A stretch of DNA of 63,890 nucleotides, the filler included, from Neolecta irregularis DAH-3 (lineage: Eukaryota): assembly GCA_001929475.1 (NCBI GenBank). It is 12 parts of 12 records of this genome, joined end to end, with 100 filler letters (N's around TTAATTAATTAA, not from the genome) between each part and the next. Parts side by side here need not be neighbours in the genome. Positions count along the whole stretch, not along the records: positions 1 to 4,703 come from LXFE01000957.1; positions 4,804 to 6,102 come from LXFE01000960.1; positions 6,203 to 8,575 come from LXFE01000962.1; positions 8,676 to 10,607 come from LXFE01000963.1; positions 10,708 to 23,529 come from LXFE01000965.1; 7 more parts are not named here. One strand, 5' to 3'. Below the pieces are notes generated by a model, which saw only the letters and a list, made by a program, of their open reading frames with translations, searched no databases and was not told where the DNA came from. Below are positions 1 to 12,274 of the stretch, piece after piece. Both the position numbers and the translations under genes were made by a program. Position 1 is the first letter of the stretch. Each line of letters opens with the position of its first letter.

Positions 1-428
1 CCGCCGCCACCGGCAGAGCGTTCCGGGAGGCCGGCGGTCGCACATGACTGCGGCAGCCTGCCGGGCAAACAAACCTCCGGCTGATAGCGGGCGCCGCAGC
101 AGGCGAACCCCGGCCCCTGCGCGCCCGCATGGTTTGGCGCCGCGCTCCCGGCTGCAGGGATCGTCTGTGGCCTGGAAACACTCCACCTGCTCGCATAAGG
201 ACTTTAAAGTGTTCATTCGGGTGCTATCCGTGCCATCAAGGTGCCGGCAAACACCACCCGGCACCAGCCAGGCCCCCTCTTAATCCCTCGTGTTCCCTGT
301 AGAACGACAGTAGGCTACCCGCATTTCTGGAATGCTCCTTTGATATCTCTTGTCTTGTCCCATCCAGCTCCTCGTTCGCCCTCGATATGAATTTTGTTCC
401 TGCGTCAGACTGCCAGGTAACATCGAGT

Positions 429-2614
429 ATGCCCAACCAACCGCCGGCGCGGCCTTTTCGCAAAAGAAGGAAAGAACCTTCTTGTGACGACTGCAGACAG
501 TAAATTTTGTGGCATTGCTCCAGTCTGACCCTCTAGACGGAAAGTCAAGGTACGACCTCATCGCCAGGTGTCTCCGATCGAATCTCTGATAGCCAGTGCG
601 ACGCTACCGATGTAACAAGTTGTTCAGAGTGTCTTTCGCGTAATGTCAAATGCCTGTTTACAAAAGAGACGAATAGGAGAATGTCATCGCTCAAGTATTC
701 GTAACATCAATATATGAGCTTACATTTCAAAGACAAGTTCAGGATCTGGAGCGGCAGCTACACCAAGCTTATCAGCAGATTCAAACCCTCAGTTCTATAG
801 CTGTGAATCAACGTCCCCCTCCAATTCCTCATTGTCTCCCACAGCAACTCCTCGATATCTCGCCCGAAAGACCTCCCGTCAAACCACCTCGAATACCGGT
901 TCCGGCACTCTGTTTCCGAGGAAGTCTAGATTGTATCCCTGCACCGGAACAATTGCCTCCGAAAGCGCTTGCAGACTATCTCATACGCTCCTACTTGTAC
1001 GTTCTACTTGAATTTCCCTGCCCTGTATGCTCATGTCATTACAGACATACCATTCATCGAACGGGCCTTCAAATCGTCCACTGGCCGACCTTTTTGCAGA
1101 ATTTCAACCGGGTGTACTCCGAAGACAACCCAGCATTCCATCGAAGCTGGTGGGCATGCCTCTTTGCCATGTTTGCGATTGGCGCACAATACCTTGATGA
1201 TACAACATTGCCTTATAAGCTGCCCCAGGAAAACGGGACTGAATATATCACTGTCGCAATCGAGTTGTTGAACTTGCTGGCAAATCAGTATACTCTAGAG
1301 TGCATTGCAGCAGGAATCTTGGCGACAATATTTCTCGTTACAATGAACAACTACACCGCAGCCTCAACATGGCTTTCGATCGCGCTAAGAATGGGAGAAC
1401 ATCTCAAAATCCACAAGGAACCACGACCAGGTGAATTTTCCTTTATCGAAGAGGAAATACGACGCCGTCTTTGGTGGACGATCTACATATGGGACCGCTG
1501 TCTTCTGCTCAACAACGCTGCCGACTTACGTTCCCTAAGCATGGTTTCGGTACATAGTGAGCATTCTATCACTATTGAAGATTCAGACACAGATTTGAGT
1601 ATGCCATCACCTGTTGATGATGTCTTCATTACCGAGTTTGGGATTATTCAAAACGCAACCCCATACAACCAAATCACTATCATGTTTCAAGTCAATGTCG
1701 CACGTCTTATCGGTCAAATCTTTAGAGTTATCACATCCAATTCAATCACCACACAGTCTCTTCAGTATTTCCGCTCGCAAGCCGACAAGTGTTGGAATCT
1801 ACTGCCGTTTCATCTCCATCCATCTTGCAGCGCAAAACTTGACCCACGAGATCTCTCTCCGATATTCTTCCTTCAAACGGGCCTGTTACATTTATATCAC
1901 CAATACTTGAGCCCATTGTCCTCTCGTTCAGTCCGAATCTTTGCTTTCCATGATTGCGTTCGGATTTCTCGAGAATCAGCAACATTGATCGCTCGCGTCG
2001 TACGTCCTGATTATCCATCGTGGCAAGAGGACCTTCGCTGTCTGGCTTCGACGCAAGTTTGCACTCATATCTGGAGAATCGCCTTGTTCTTATCTCTGGC
2101 GGGTCTCTGGAACGATGCGATGCCATGTGTGTATGCACTCGCTAGAATACGTCATCGTCGGGCGGTGAACATTGAAGCAGGTCGTTATCTACATACATTC
2201 TTTCGTCTCCTCATTGAATACAACAGGCGTCGCGAGAAAAACCAAGAGCCCGATGACGATATGCTTGATTTAGTTAGAGGAGATATCCAAGGACTCGACG
2301 CTGCAGCTCGCGAATTACTCGGGACTGGTCAAATTCCTCCGACGAGTGTTGCGGGCAAAAAAGATTGGGATCAATGGGACGAAGTGATATCTTTGGCTCG
2401 AGAAATTTCTTCAAGGTCAGGCCAAGCGTGGTTCCATTCCAGTGACATGCCGAGTTTGTCGAATATAACTGTGAGTCCTACTTCGGAGTGTACCATGCCT
2501 CAGCCCGACCCGGTTCGACTAGCGCCTTTGAAGTCTTCCCCAACATTTGTGTCATCTCTTACTGCACATCAAAGCTTCAACACGACTAAAATGAGTATTT
2601 CCTCAATCATATGA
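429..2614 (+). CDS. Zn(II)2Cys6 fungal transcription factor with Fungal_trans (middle homology) domain
   Basis: Spliced N-terminus MPNQPPARPFRKRRKEPSCDDCR/RKVK/CDATDVTSCSECLSRNVKC across short GT-AG introns joins ORF 803-2614, which contains LRMGEHLKIH...EEEIRRRLWWTIYIWDR. Confidence 0.92.
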
Positions 2615-2817
2615 CAGACAAGAAAAAGGTTATCGGTTCCGGGAGGTATTGTGGTTATGGTTATCATTTCGTTCTGGGTGCTGTCTTTTTTGGATTGTGC
2701 AACTGCCGAAATGTGACAGTCACTGTTTTCAATATTCACCATGTAAATTGTATATCAATGAATACCTGTCGTCAAGGTGCATTTGAACGATTTTATTCGA
2801 GAAATCTGCATGCTGTG

Positions 2818-4703
2818 CTAATCTACTGAATCTTCGGTTGGCGTGGCAGAGTATTTAACAAACAAGTATGAGATTTTGCAATGCCCTGAATCGGAATCCG
2901 TATCCCTCATAACCGAATTAAGGATGTCGTCCTCAACTAATTCTTCAAGTTCGGATTCATTTAATTCCTGGGGTAGTATATGCAAGTAGTCATTTAATGC
3001 ATTCATCTGATTGTTTCGTGGCGGCTATTTGATTTAGTATTTTCCAGAGCAAATATGATAAACCATTATTTCAGCAATAGCCTGACTTGCGGGTATGAAT
3101 CCTAAAAGTTCATCCTCGAGGTCATTTTCATCAGATTGCAGCTCTTCTTTGATTGGTTTTTCGCCCTTTCCAAGACAAGTGCACCCAAGAAGATCATGTG
3201 TGTGGCATGATGTATTCTCATGAAAAGTGAAAAGATCGCGTAACTCACTTAAAGAAAATGAATTTCCAGACGAATTGGCTTTGGCGTCCTGACGCATTAG
3301 AAAAAATATGTTGACAAGTTAGCAAACCATGAACGAGTCCGATAAACCCTGCTTCGTGATTTGCCTTTGATATATCTTCTCATCCATCATACCGGTACTG
3401 ACCATTAACATTATTTCATCTCTTGAAACTTCACGTCAAGAAGCGGTAAATATAAACTTGTCGTTTCTGACCGTCCCGATGAACTCTAGCCATTGCTTGA
3501 AGATCAACAGATGGATTCCAGTCTGTGTCAAAAAGAATCAACCTTGAAGCTCCAATAAGATTCAAGCCTACGCCGCCGGACTTTGACGAGAGTAGGAATG
3601 CAACTAGAAAATATCAAGGATTTTCTGGACCAGAATCCTTACATGATCCTTCTCTATTGGTGCGATTAAATCTGTCGACATATTCCTGACGCTTAGTACT
3701 TGTTATCAGCGCTTTGTATGGAAAGGCTAACTTGGCGGTTGATCCATCTAGTCTCAGGAAACTCATTCCCCGCATGTTCAATAAATCTTGAAGAATATCC
3801 AACGTTTGTGTATAATTGCTGACCAACACAATCTTTTCGTCAGTCTCCTTTTTCAATCTTTGGAGAAAGTGATCAAGAACAGCCAGTTTTCCACTCGTAG
3901 TTATGGAAGAAGAATATTTATCGATGATGGGCGCGAGATTTGTGTATGACGAATCTCCTTCGGAGGCCTTGGTCATGATTAAAGAAGGACAATTGCAGAG
4001 CTTCTTTAATGATGTGATAGCTTGAAGAACATGAGTGGGAGAATCTGTGCCTGAGATGCATTGTCTGATAGATGAGGATTCTAAAAGACCAGAGTATAAT
4101 GCGATTTGTGCCTTGGTAGGTTTGCAGAACACGACGTACTCGACTGCTTTTAAGTGAAACTTGCAAAGACTTTTGAATACCTTTGGGAGGAAGATATTTC
4201 GATAGTATATCAGCCGTTCGGCGAAGAATGAATAGGCTAGTCAACGATGCGAGCTGCTCGGACCGAGCTTTCCCTTTCTCTTTGTCCTTTTTCCTAGCTT
4301 CTGGTTGTCGACTTTTGATAATTGGATTCTCAAATTCCTTTTTGAAAGTCGCATAAGATTCACAAATTCCTGGATTGACAAAGTCCACCATCACAAAGAA
4401 CTCGCCAAGATCTGTTTGTGTTAGCTGAGTTTGAAAAACACCGTATACCATTTTGAATAGGGGTTCCGCTGAGAATAACTCTTCGAGGAGTGTTAAGAGC
4501 TCGAATTGCTTGTGCTGATTTGTTGTTTGCAGATTTGAGTCGGTGGCCTTCGTCGCATATGATGATGTCGATATTGGCTTTCTTCAAGTCATCCTGAACA
4601 AGACGAAGCTATTAGTAAGCGAGGTACATTCGCGACTCACCTTCTCATAGCCGATGATCATGACTTGGTATATCCTACCGATCTTGAAATCATTGACATT
4701 TGC
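2818..4703 (-). CDS. RDH54: SNF2-family DNA repair ATPase Rdh54/Rad54B (5' part lost in gap)
   Basis: [27 protein letters not shown] and [37 protein letters not shown] motifs; C-terminal [10 protein letters not shown]...CHTHDLLGC typical of Rad54B/Rdh54; several short introns. Confidence 0.88.
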
Positions 4704-4803
4704 NNNNNNNNNNNNNNNNNNNNNNNNNNNNNNNNNNNNNNNNNNNNTTAATTAATTAANNNNNNNNNNNNNNNNNNNNNNNNNNNNNNNNNNNNNNNNN
4801 NNN
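4704..4803. other. Artificial contig spacer (N44-TTAATTAATTAA-N44)
   Basis: Identical 100-bp linkers with stops in all frames at 4704, 6103, 8576, 10608, 23530, 25235, 44124, 49459, 51157, 54207 and 62303. Confidence 0.97.
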
Positions 4804-5888
4804 TTATTTATTTATTTGATAGAGTTGAATTCAGGTTCGGTGGTGAACTTGTGATGCTGACAAAATTTGCTATTAAATTTTGTTGGTACTTGCCCATTAC
4901 TGGTCTTGGCTTCAGGTAATAATATCCCAGCCACTCTGAAGTAGTGTAATGTAAATATGTTGCACGTACTCAAGATTCACCACTCGACAAAACATCGTAC
5001 TAGATGGCGCGCGTCACGTGACTTGCACCACCACGTCGTCCAACTGAAATGGCAATATCTCGGCCACCACTGACTCAAATCAATCGGGGAAGGAGTCTCT
5101 GAGACCGGGGCGCCAAGGAAAAGGGACTAGTTCAAGGAAAATGGCTTTAGAGTCTCTCAGACAGGGATTTAAGGGAGAACAAGGCTTTTTTCATTATCAA
5201 TAGTTGGTTTGTACCTCACTAGGAGGGCAGGCTTCAACTGACAATTTGAGTAGACGTTACTTCCCAAGTGACTGGCCAATTATCCAGAGAAGTCCACCCA
5301 AAGTCTGGTATGGAGTTCTAGCCCACAAGGCAAAGCGCTCCTGCAGTGTCTGAACACATTAGCCATGAGACAGGCATGAAACAGAGAAGGACAAAATATT
5401 AAGTGCTACCAGATATCTAAGAGGGGAGACAAACAGAGGTATGGAAGGAGGACGTGCCTGTTTGTGTTACAAGTAGTGCCTGGTTATTCAGAGTATCTGC
5501 ATGAATCTACTATTTAACCCAAGCCTACCCGAGTACTAAGTCCAGACACCTGCTCACCAGAGACGTTCTTTACTATTATCTATAATCCCCCTCTGTGATC
5601 CGAAGTTGCTCTCTCAGCCTTCCGTTCATGCCCAGCCGGCTTCGTCTTTGCCACTGGTGTCTCAATTGCTGCCATCGGTATCACGGGTCAAGTCCCTTCC
5701 GCGTCCAATCGCATCAACCGTCAGACAGGTGTGAGACAGGGAGCGTGAAAAAAAGTAAGAGTGTCTGGAACGTCTATAAATACAGTCGTGGATAGTACGT
5801 AGAAGTAACAAGTTAACCAAGTCTTATTGGTACACGGCCTGCTCCGCTTGCATCTACACAATACACTACCTGCATATACAACCACCAC

Positions 5889-6102
5889 ATGTTGGCAAAG
5901 CTCGTCTTGTTCTTTCTGTCTCCAGTGATTGGGAATTTGAAGCATTTCACAGACATCACAAGTGAATTTCGACACACTGGTGGCTTCTACACTGGTGCGG
6001 CACAAATCGTTCACACGGGCGTAACAGACGAACATCAACTAATATCTGCCTGTGCGAAAGCATGCCTTGAGGCTAATTATTTCTGCAAAGTGTTCATTGT
6101 TG
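5889..6102 (+). CDS. Small secreted PAN/apple-like protein, copy 1 (3' truncated by gap)
   Basis: Signal-peptide-like MLAKLVLFFLSPVIG; motif SACAKACLEANYFCKVFIV (C-x3-C-x6-C-x2-F). Confidence 0.65.
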
Positions 6103-6374
6103 NNNNNNNNNNNNNNNNNNNNNNNNNNNNNNNNNNNNNNNNNNNNTTAATTAATTAANNNNNNNNNNNNNNNNNNNNNNNNNNNNNNNNNNNNNNNNNN
6201 NNAGGAAGGTTGGGTGGTTTCTCGCGGAAAATACGAATATATTTGTTGATCATGTTGACCGTGCCACAAACGCTACCTAATTGAACATCTGGACCCGAAG
6301 ACATTGTCGGCTTTCCCACGAAGAAAAAGGCATGGCCTCAGAATAGCCGAATGCGGTTGATGAAACATGATGTT

Positions 6375-6754
6375 GCTCTTTTCGTCGTGATCATTTTTTT
6401 GGCCAGGACATATCATATTAAGATTCAGCCTCAAATAGAATATTCCCGCTGCAATGCCTGCATTCAGAAGCTTTTGGTTTGAAGAGTCAGCCATTTGCTC
6501 TTTTCGTCGTGACTACTTTCCAGGCCAGGACATATCATATTAAGATTCAGCCTCAAATGAATATTTCAATTGCAATGCCTGCATGCAGAAGCATTTGGTT
6601 TCAAGAAGAGTCTGCCATTTGCTCTTTTCGTCGTGACCACTTTCCAGGCCAGGACATATCATATTAAGATTCAGCCTCAAATGAATATTTCAATTGCAAT
6701 GCCTGCATGCAGAAGCATTTGGTTTCGAGAAGAGTCTGCCATTCGCTCTTTTCG
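6375..6754. repeat. Tandem repeat, 3 copies of ~124 bp
   Basis: Unit GCTCTTTTCGTCGTGA...GGCCAGGACATATCATATTAAGATTCAGCCTCAAAT...GAAGAGTC starts at 6375, 6497 and 6621 (partial 4th copy at 6745). Confidence 0.95.
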
Positions 6755-6818
6755 GATGGTAAAATGTTATTTAAGAGCGAGGTGCCCGCCCTAAATCTTT
6801 TTCAATTTGTCACGAACC

Positions 6819-7354
6819 ATGTTGTCAATCATTTTGTTCGTCGCCTTGTGTGGAAAGCTCTCCTTTGCAGCGCTGACTGATGTACTTCTTGATGACAAAT
6901 TTGTCAAGGATGAGATGGGCCCCACCACAATAGATCCCGAATATTTGCACCCATCTCAAATTATCCTTGTCCAACCCGAATACCGCTATGTGGAATCTGG
7001 CGACGGATTTGACGTTATCGATACGGATTTTCAAACCAATTTTAGAATTCACTTTGAAGATGATCAATGTGCTTTGGCCTGCTACAAGGACTTTTCGTGT
7101 GGTTCTTTCATGATCGTAAGCGATTATCGAGTTGATATCCAGTGCAGCCGCTGCTACCTATTTAATGAAGGATCGGAGGTGACATTTGTGCCAACGGAAG
7201 ATAATCAATTCATGATGGAGGGCTACTACAGGTTCAAGAACATTAGGGTAAGTTGGGATTTAAAAGTCATCTGATGTTTTAGACGCCAAGGAAATTCAGC
7301 AAGACTCGTTTTTCAGATATTGATGTCATTACTAAGGATGGAATTCAACAATAA
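6819..7354 (+). CDS. Small secreted PAN/apple-like protein, copy 2
   Basis: Signal peptide MLSIILFVALCGKLSFA; QCALACYKDFSCGSFMIV...RCYLF; GTAAGT...CTGAT..TAG intron at 7248-7282 extends the CDS to TAA at 7352-7354. Confidence 0.72.
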
Positions 7355-7742
7355 TATTGTAATTCAATTAATGTCAATTGACTATTTCCTGCTCTGCCTA
7401 CCAAAAATCTACTCTATGGCGGCCAGCTTACGCCTCCAGACACCCGCTCACGACTGGGATCTCCAGCTTCTGCTGCTATTGCACTCCGTCGCGCTGCCCT
7501 CGGAAAGCACCGACAGCCCTGGACAGCCCTCTTGCACCAGGCAGTCCTCACTGGTTGTCCTGCGCCTGCCGCATCTTCATCCTCCACCACGACCAGACTT
7601 GCTAACACGTAAGTAAGTCCAATGTACAATATTGCTCCTTGACCATTTTATTGATTGAATATTAGTTTATATCAATCCACACCAAGACTAGATCAGAGAC
7701 CTATTCTATATATCATGAATTATAGGCATCTCATATATCCAC

Positions 7743-8396
7743 TCATTCGTAGCAAGTTCTCTGAATATAAAATGTACAATATTGCTCCTTGAATAAATGT
7801 ATCGTGGCAGATGCGAGGATTTTCCTCGTCCCAAATTCCTTTTGGTCGATCGACTGTGCTGCGGACATTGCAATAAGACGTTGGACACCCTGCTGCTTCA
7901 TAATTAGTACCAGGTCCTCGTAGAATCTAGCAACAGGTTGCTCTTTTCCATTACCGAGACTACGAGGTTTCAATATGCTGACTACCGCATCCACATTCAT
8001 TAAAGCCTTGTTTACAATATCAACCGATAGTACATCTCCTTCGAATATCGTTACACGATGACGCAAATCTGGACGAATCGTTGCTGATGATTTAACGACA
8101 ACATTGATTTCATAACCCCTTGCTAATCCTTGCGCACACAAGACAGAGACATACTTTCCAATCGAATCGAGTATTAATAGTCGTTTTGGAGCTTTGATAC
8201 TTTTGGATAATCTCGCTTTTCCTTGAAAAAGGATATTGGGTGGATCTGGCAAATTACCCTGCACCGTGTCCAAGATTTCTTCTGTGGATTCTGAATGTTG
8301 AAATGGATCAATGGTGACTACCATCATCAGTATGTCAATAGTTATGGTGACCACTTTGAGTCGGTGTAGTGTGGTGACCATATTGACTAGACACAT
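7743..8396 (-). pseudogene. NAD(P)H-binding Rossmann protein (flavin reductase/BLVRB-like), degenerate, possibly a pseudogene
   Basis: VTIFEGDVLSVDIVNKALMNVDAVVSIL and MKQQGVQRLIAMS are typical of the NAD(P)H-binding family; the GxxGxxG loop is eroded (LDSIGKYV) and the 3' continuation has stops. Confidence 0.55.
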
Positions 8397-9639
8397 ATAT
8401 TCCTACCATTTCGCAGTTTACCCCGACATTATCCAAGTCTCCGAAAGGACGTATCGTTTCACCACCTTCCTCCTGGCAAACATAAAACTTGCGGTTCCTA
8501 ACCATTATGCAGGACGTTTTTTTAGTAAAAGTCCTTGATTGATTGGCTCAATTCACCTTTTTGAGTCTAAAGTAANNNNNNNNNNNNNNNNNNNNNNNNN
8601 NNNNNNNNNNNNNNNNNNNTTAATTAATTAANNNNNNNNNNNNNNNNNNNNNNNNNNNNNNNNNNNNNNNNNNNNTTCTACGAGCATAAGTAGTATCCGA
8701 TAATAAGGGAGTACTTTGCAAACAACATGTCAGTCTATACGTGAGGCTTGTGGAAGAATTGGATCTGCCTGCGTCTTTTAAGGAAAATAAAAATGTCCGA
8801 CCGTGTCTCAATGTTCAAAACTGCAGGAGAGGCGTCAAATCAGCCTTAATTATTATCAAGGTTCTGAAACGGTCTCTTTGACCAGAGTTCACCTTTGATT
8901 GTCTGTGGCGCTGGTGGAGGAGGGTGCTACTCAAAGTATGATGAAATAAGCCGAGACTGAGAGACGGAAGCAGTTTAGGGGGTCTGGAGCAGTCTCGTAA
9001 GCAGAAATCTGAAAGTGAGACAAGATGGCAGTGTTCAGAACGAGTGAAACCGACGAGGGAAAGGACTAATAAGGAATTTAATGGCTCAAAAGAATTGCCT
9101 GCCTGGAATACTATAACCTTCCATGTGATTTTGAATCTATGGAAATTCTGCTAATTATTCTGAACTCAGACCCTTTAAGGAGCGGCGGGATTGAGATAGC
9201 GTAGCCTTTACCTATGTTTTCAGTGCATACACCTTTTGCGAGGGCATGGACCAATAGGACTGAGCAGAGAAGTATTGCTGACATTCAGTATTAACTATAC
9301 TCTATATAAGTTCCCGTGGAGGATATATATGCACTCCCGATAGTTAGACAAGGTAATCGAGTAAACAGATTATTGTGCAGGTTGTAATACATTCCAGTTT
9401 AGAGCGAGTCAGGTGGTAGCGGTACCGGTTGAACATGTTTGAAGAGGTGTATCAGCGACATTCCGACGTCACTGCACCCTGATTCTTATCCGGTCGCACA
9501 CCAACCACCACCACAACCCCATCTGTTCCCCTGATCAGTATCCCCCTTTCTCATGATTGCAAGCGTTGCGTATCATACGATTGATACGTAACGATTGAAA
9601 CTCGAGTGAACGTACTCTACGCAGGTGTAATCGGCTACG

Positions 9640-10607
9640 ATGCTGACAGTAGCTGAACGCAATGCAAAGGCTCTGGTATGCCAACAGCAGAGACGCCACT
9701 AAAAACAGACAGCCGCGTCGTATCAAGAGCTTGTGCAGACATTGACGTGCGACAAGATACAAGACGTGGGCAGCTACCATATCGAGAAGCTGATTGGCAA
9801 AGGTTTGGAGGGGCAGTGCAGAGTGCTAATGGACGGAGGAACGTACGGAAAAGTGTACCTTGGGACCCACCATTTTACGAATTCCACGGTGAGGGCGGGG
9901 TGTGAGGGGTTGCTGAGGCGCAGGTTGTGTTGAAGGGCACCTCGAAAAGCGAGGCGGCGAATCTTGCGCGCGAGATCCACCACCACCGGCAGCTCGTGCA
10001 CCCGCATGTCGCGCGGCTGTACGAGGTGATCTGCACCGAGTCTACGGTGTGGCTGGTGCTGGAGCACTGTCCGGGCGGGGAGCTGTACGACTACCTGCTG
10101 CGGCACCCGCGGTTTGAGGAGGAGAACGTGAAGCGGCTGTTCAGCCAGCTTGTGGGCGCGGTGGCCTATGTGCACTCGCGCAACTGCGTGCACCGGTACG
10201 GGCTGCGCGGCGGCGGCGCGGGCGGCGGGCTGGGCTGACGGCAGGGACCTGAAGCTGGAGAACATCCTGCTGGACAAGCACGGCAACGTCAAGCTGGGCG
10301 ACTTTGGCTTTACGCGCGAGTACGACCCCGCGAAGCTGCTGGAGACGTGGTGCGGCACTGTTGCGTATGCGGCGCCCGAGATGATCCGCGGCGACCGGTA
10401 CGCGGGCGGCGCGGTGGACGTGTGGTCGCTGGGCGTTGTGCTGTATGCGCTGCTGTGCCGCGAGCTGCCGTTCGACGCCGACGACGACGACGCCGAGACC
10501 CGCGAGCGCATTCTGCACGCGGAGCCTGCGTATCCGCCGTTTGTGTCCGCCGATGCGCGGGCGCTGCTGGCGCAGCTGCTGGACAAGGACGCTGCCCGCC
10601 GCCCGCC
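9640..10607 (+). CDS. CAMK/AMPK-like Ser/Thr protein kinase, Ppk16-like (3' truncated by gap)
   Basis: Spliced MLTVAERNAKAL/TAASYQELV...VGSYHIEKLIGKG/GTYGKVYLG, LAREIHHHRQL, HR/DLKLEN, DFG, WCGTVAYAAPE, DVWSLG. Confidence 0.88.
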
Positions 10608-11034
10608 NNNNNNNNNNNNNNNNNNNNNNNNNNNNNNNNNNNNNNNNNNNNTTAATTAATTAANNNNNNNNNNNNNNNNNNNNNNNNNNNNNNNNNNNNN
10701 NNNNNNNCTATTGATCGGCTGGGTGGCGATGCCTGTGACAGGCCCGACTGGGGTGATCGGCTACCCTTGCTGCAGCTTGTGCTGGTTCCGATACTCTTCT
10801 CGGAGTCAATTTAAAACTGCGGCATGGTAGTAAAAGGAACCGGAATTTCAAAATGTTTCGCTTTCACAAGACCGAGTTTCAAGTCAGGGCGGTGATTTCA
10901 ATGAGAAGTCAATCGTTAGTAAGATTCGGCGAAAGGTTGAGATTGCCGCCCAGGGAATTGTGTCATTTCTTATCGAGAAAAGTTTTTCTCTATCCTTCAC
11001 TTTAAGCGAAAATTACTAGGGACTCCTTACCTTA

Positions 11035-11400
11035 TCATTTTTCGACAACAACCATAGCCATTATGTATTCTCCATCATGAGAAATCGTGACAAAACACCT
11101 CCCCTCGAAATCTTTGACCTGTAATACCGGTCTTCCATTCCCTAACTTCAGCAAACTAGCATCTTTCCAAGATAACCGCCTAAATTCGCTAAATGCTTTA
11201 TAGGCGGCTTCTTTGGCTGCCCACCTATAATCAGCTTTCGTCGTGGTAAGAAAGTACCGAGTTGAAAGGTACTGAATAGAAGGATTTGGGATATTTTCGG
11301 ATTCAGAGAGGATCCGAGAAGCAAGACGAAGTGGGTATTTTTTGTAGAGTATTTGAAAACGTTGAAGATGGAGGAGGTCGATTCCGATCCCGAGGATCAT
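11035..11400 (-). CDS. PPT2: AcpS-type 4'-phosphopantetheinyl transferase (mitochondrial ACP synthase)
   Basis: GIGIDL, R/WAAKEAAYKA, GRP and TISHDGEY motifs; 33-nt in-frame intron at 11225-11257. Confidence 0.9.
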   Translation of the reverse strand: MILGIGIDLLHLQRFQILYKKYPLRLASRILSESENIPNPSIQYLSTRYFLTTTKADYRWAAKEAAYKAFSEFRRLSWKDASLLKLGNGRPVLQVKDFEGRCFVTISHDGEYIMAMVVVEK

Positions 11401-12274
11401 GGAGGTGGACGGTCACCAGAATAAAAGCGCCTGTGACACGGGACACATTAATCACACAATATCCTCATAACCAAACGTCCCCCTACCTTACTATATTATT
11501 AATTTATTACCATACTCGATACAAACCTTTGCATCCTCCCCTTTTTCTTCTCGATCCCTTCTTGCAATCAACTGCACGCCCATTTTTCTTCCTTGCAACA
11601 GCATTTGGAAACCTGTTCCTGCCATAAAATCATTCAATTATCTAATCCCCGGCCTGAGCCTCTTGGCAGTATGGTAAGCACTAAGCATCCAACGGCCTTT
11701 TTCTTTCTTTCTCTCCTTTTCTTCACTAATATTTTCCTTCCACCTTTGTCTTTCCTTATCTACGTTTCTCGCCCCTCTGCTGGATAGGAGAACACTGGGG
11801 CTATATATACGGACCTGGAGCCAGTCTTTTCGGATAGTCAACATATATCTTCTTTAATACCTTCAGAATCTCTACAAACTATCCCCTCCTAATTTCAGCC
11901 TCGAGGAAACCAAAACCATTCTTCCTGCTCAAACAAATCGAATCTCCAAGTGAGAAGAAAGCCAAAGTTTCAGCGAACCTACCCAAAATTGCAGTTTGCA
12001 TGTTTCACGCCGAACGGTAAGGCATAGGCATTAATATCACTAACTGCTAACTGACCTGGTGGTTGGTGTATTACCACGGGTTTCTAATACCCGAGAAAAT
12101 GATTATTCGTCACCTTCGGTGTACACCGAAGAAACTGAAAGTCTGAATCATGACAACTTTCATTCTTTTGCTAGTTATATGAATAAGATATAGATCATTA
12201 ATCAACTCCTAGAAAAGATCAAGTCGGCATATATCCATCCATTTCCCCATATTAAATTCCTTCAGGCATCAACC

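Noticed and set aside
4748-4759. Recurring TTAATTAATTAA palindrome within N runs
   Set aside because: Assembly linker, not biological.
4930-5600. Possible LTR or retroelement remnants (also 8700-9440 and 53350-53550)
   Set aside because: No paired termini, PBS/PPT or recognisable RT/integrase motifs that I can support.
9774-10586. 270-aa minus-strand ORF
   Set aside because: Antisense shadow of the GC-rich kinase gene.
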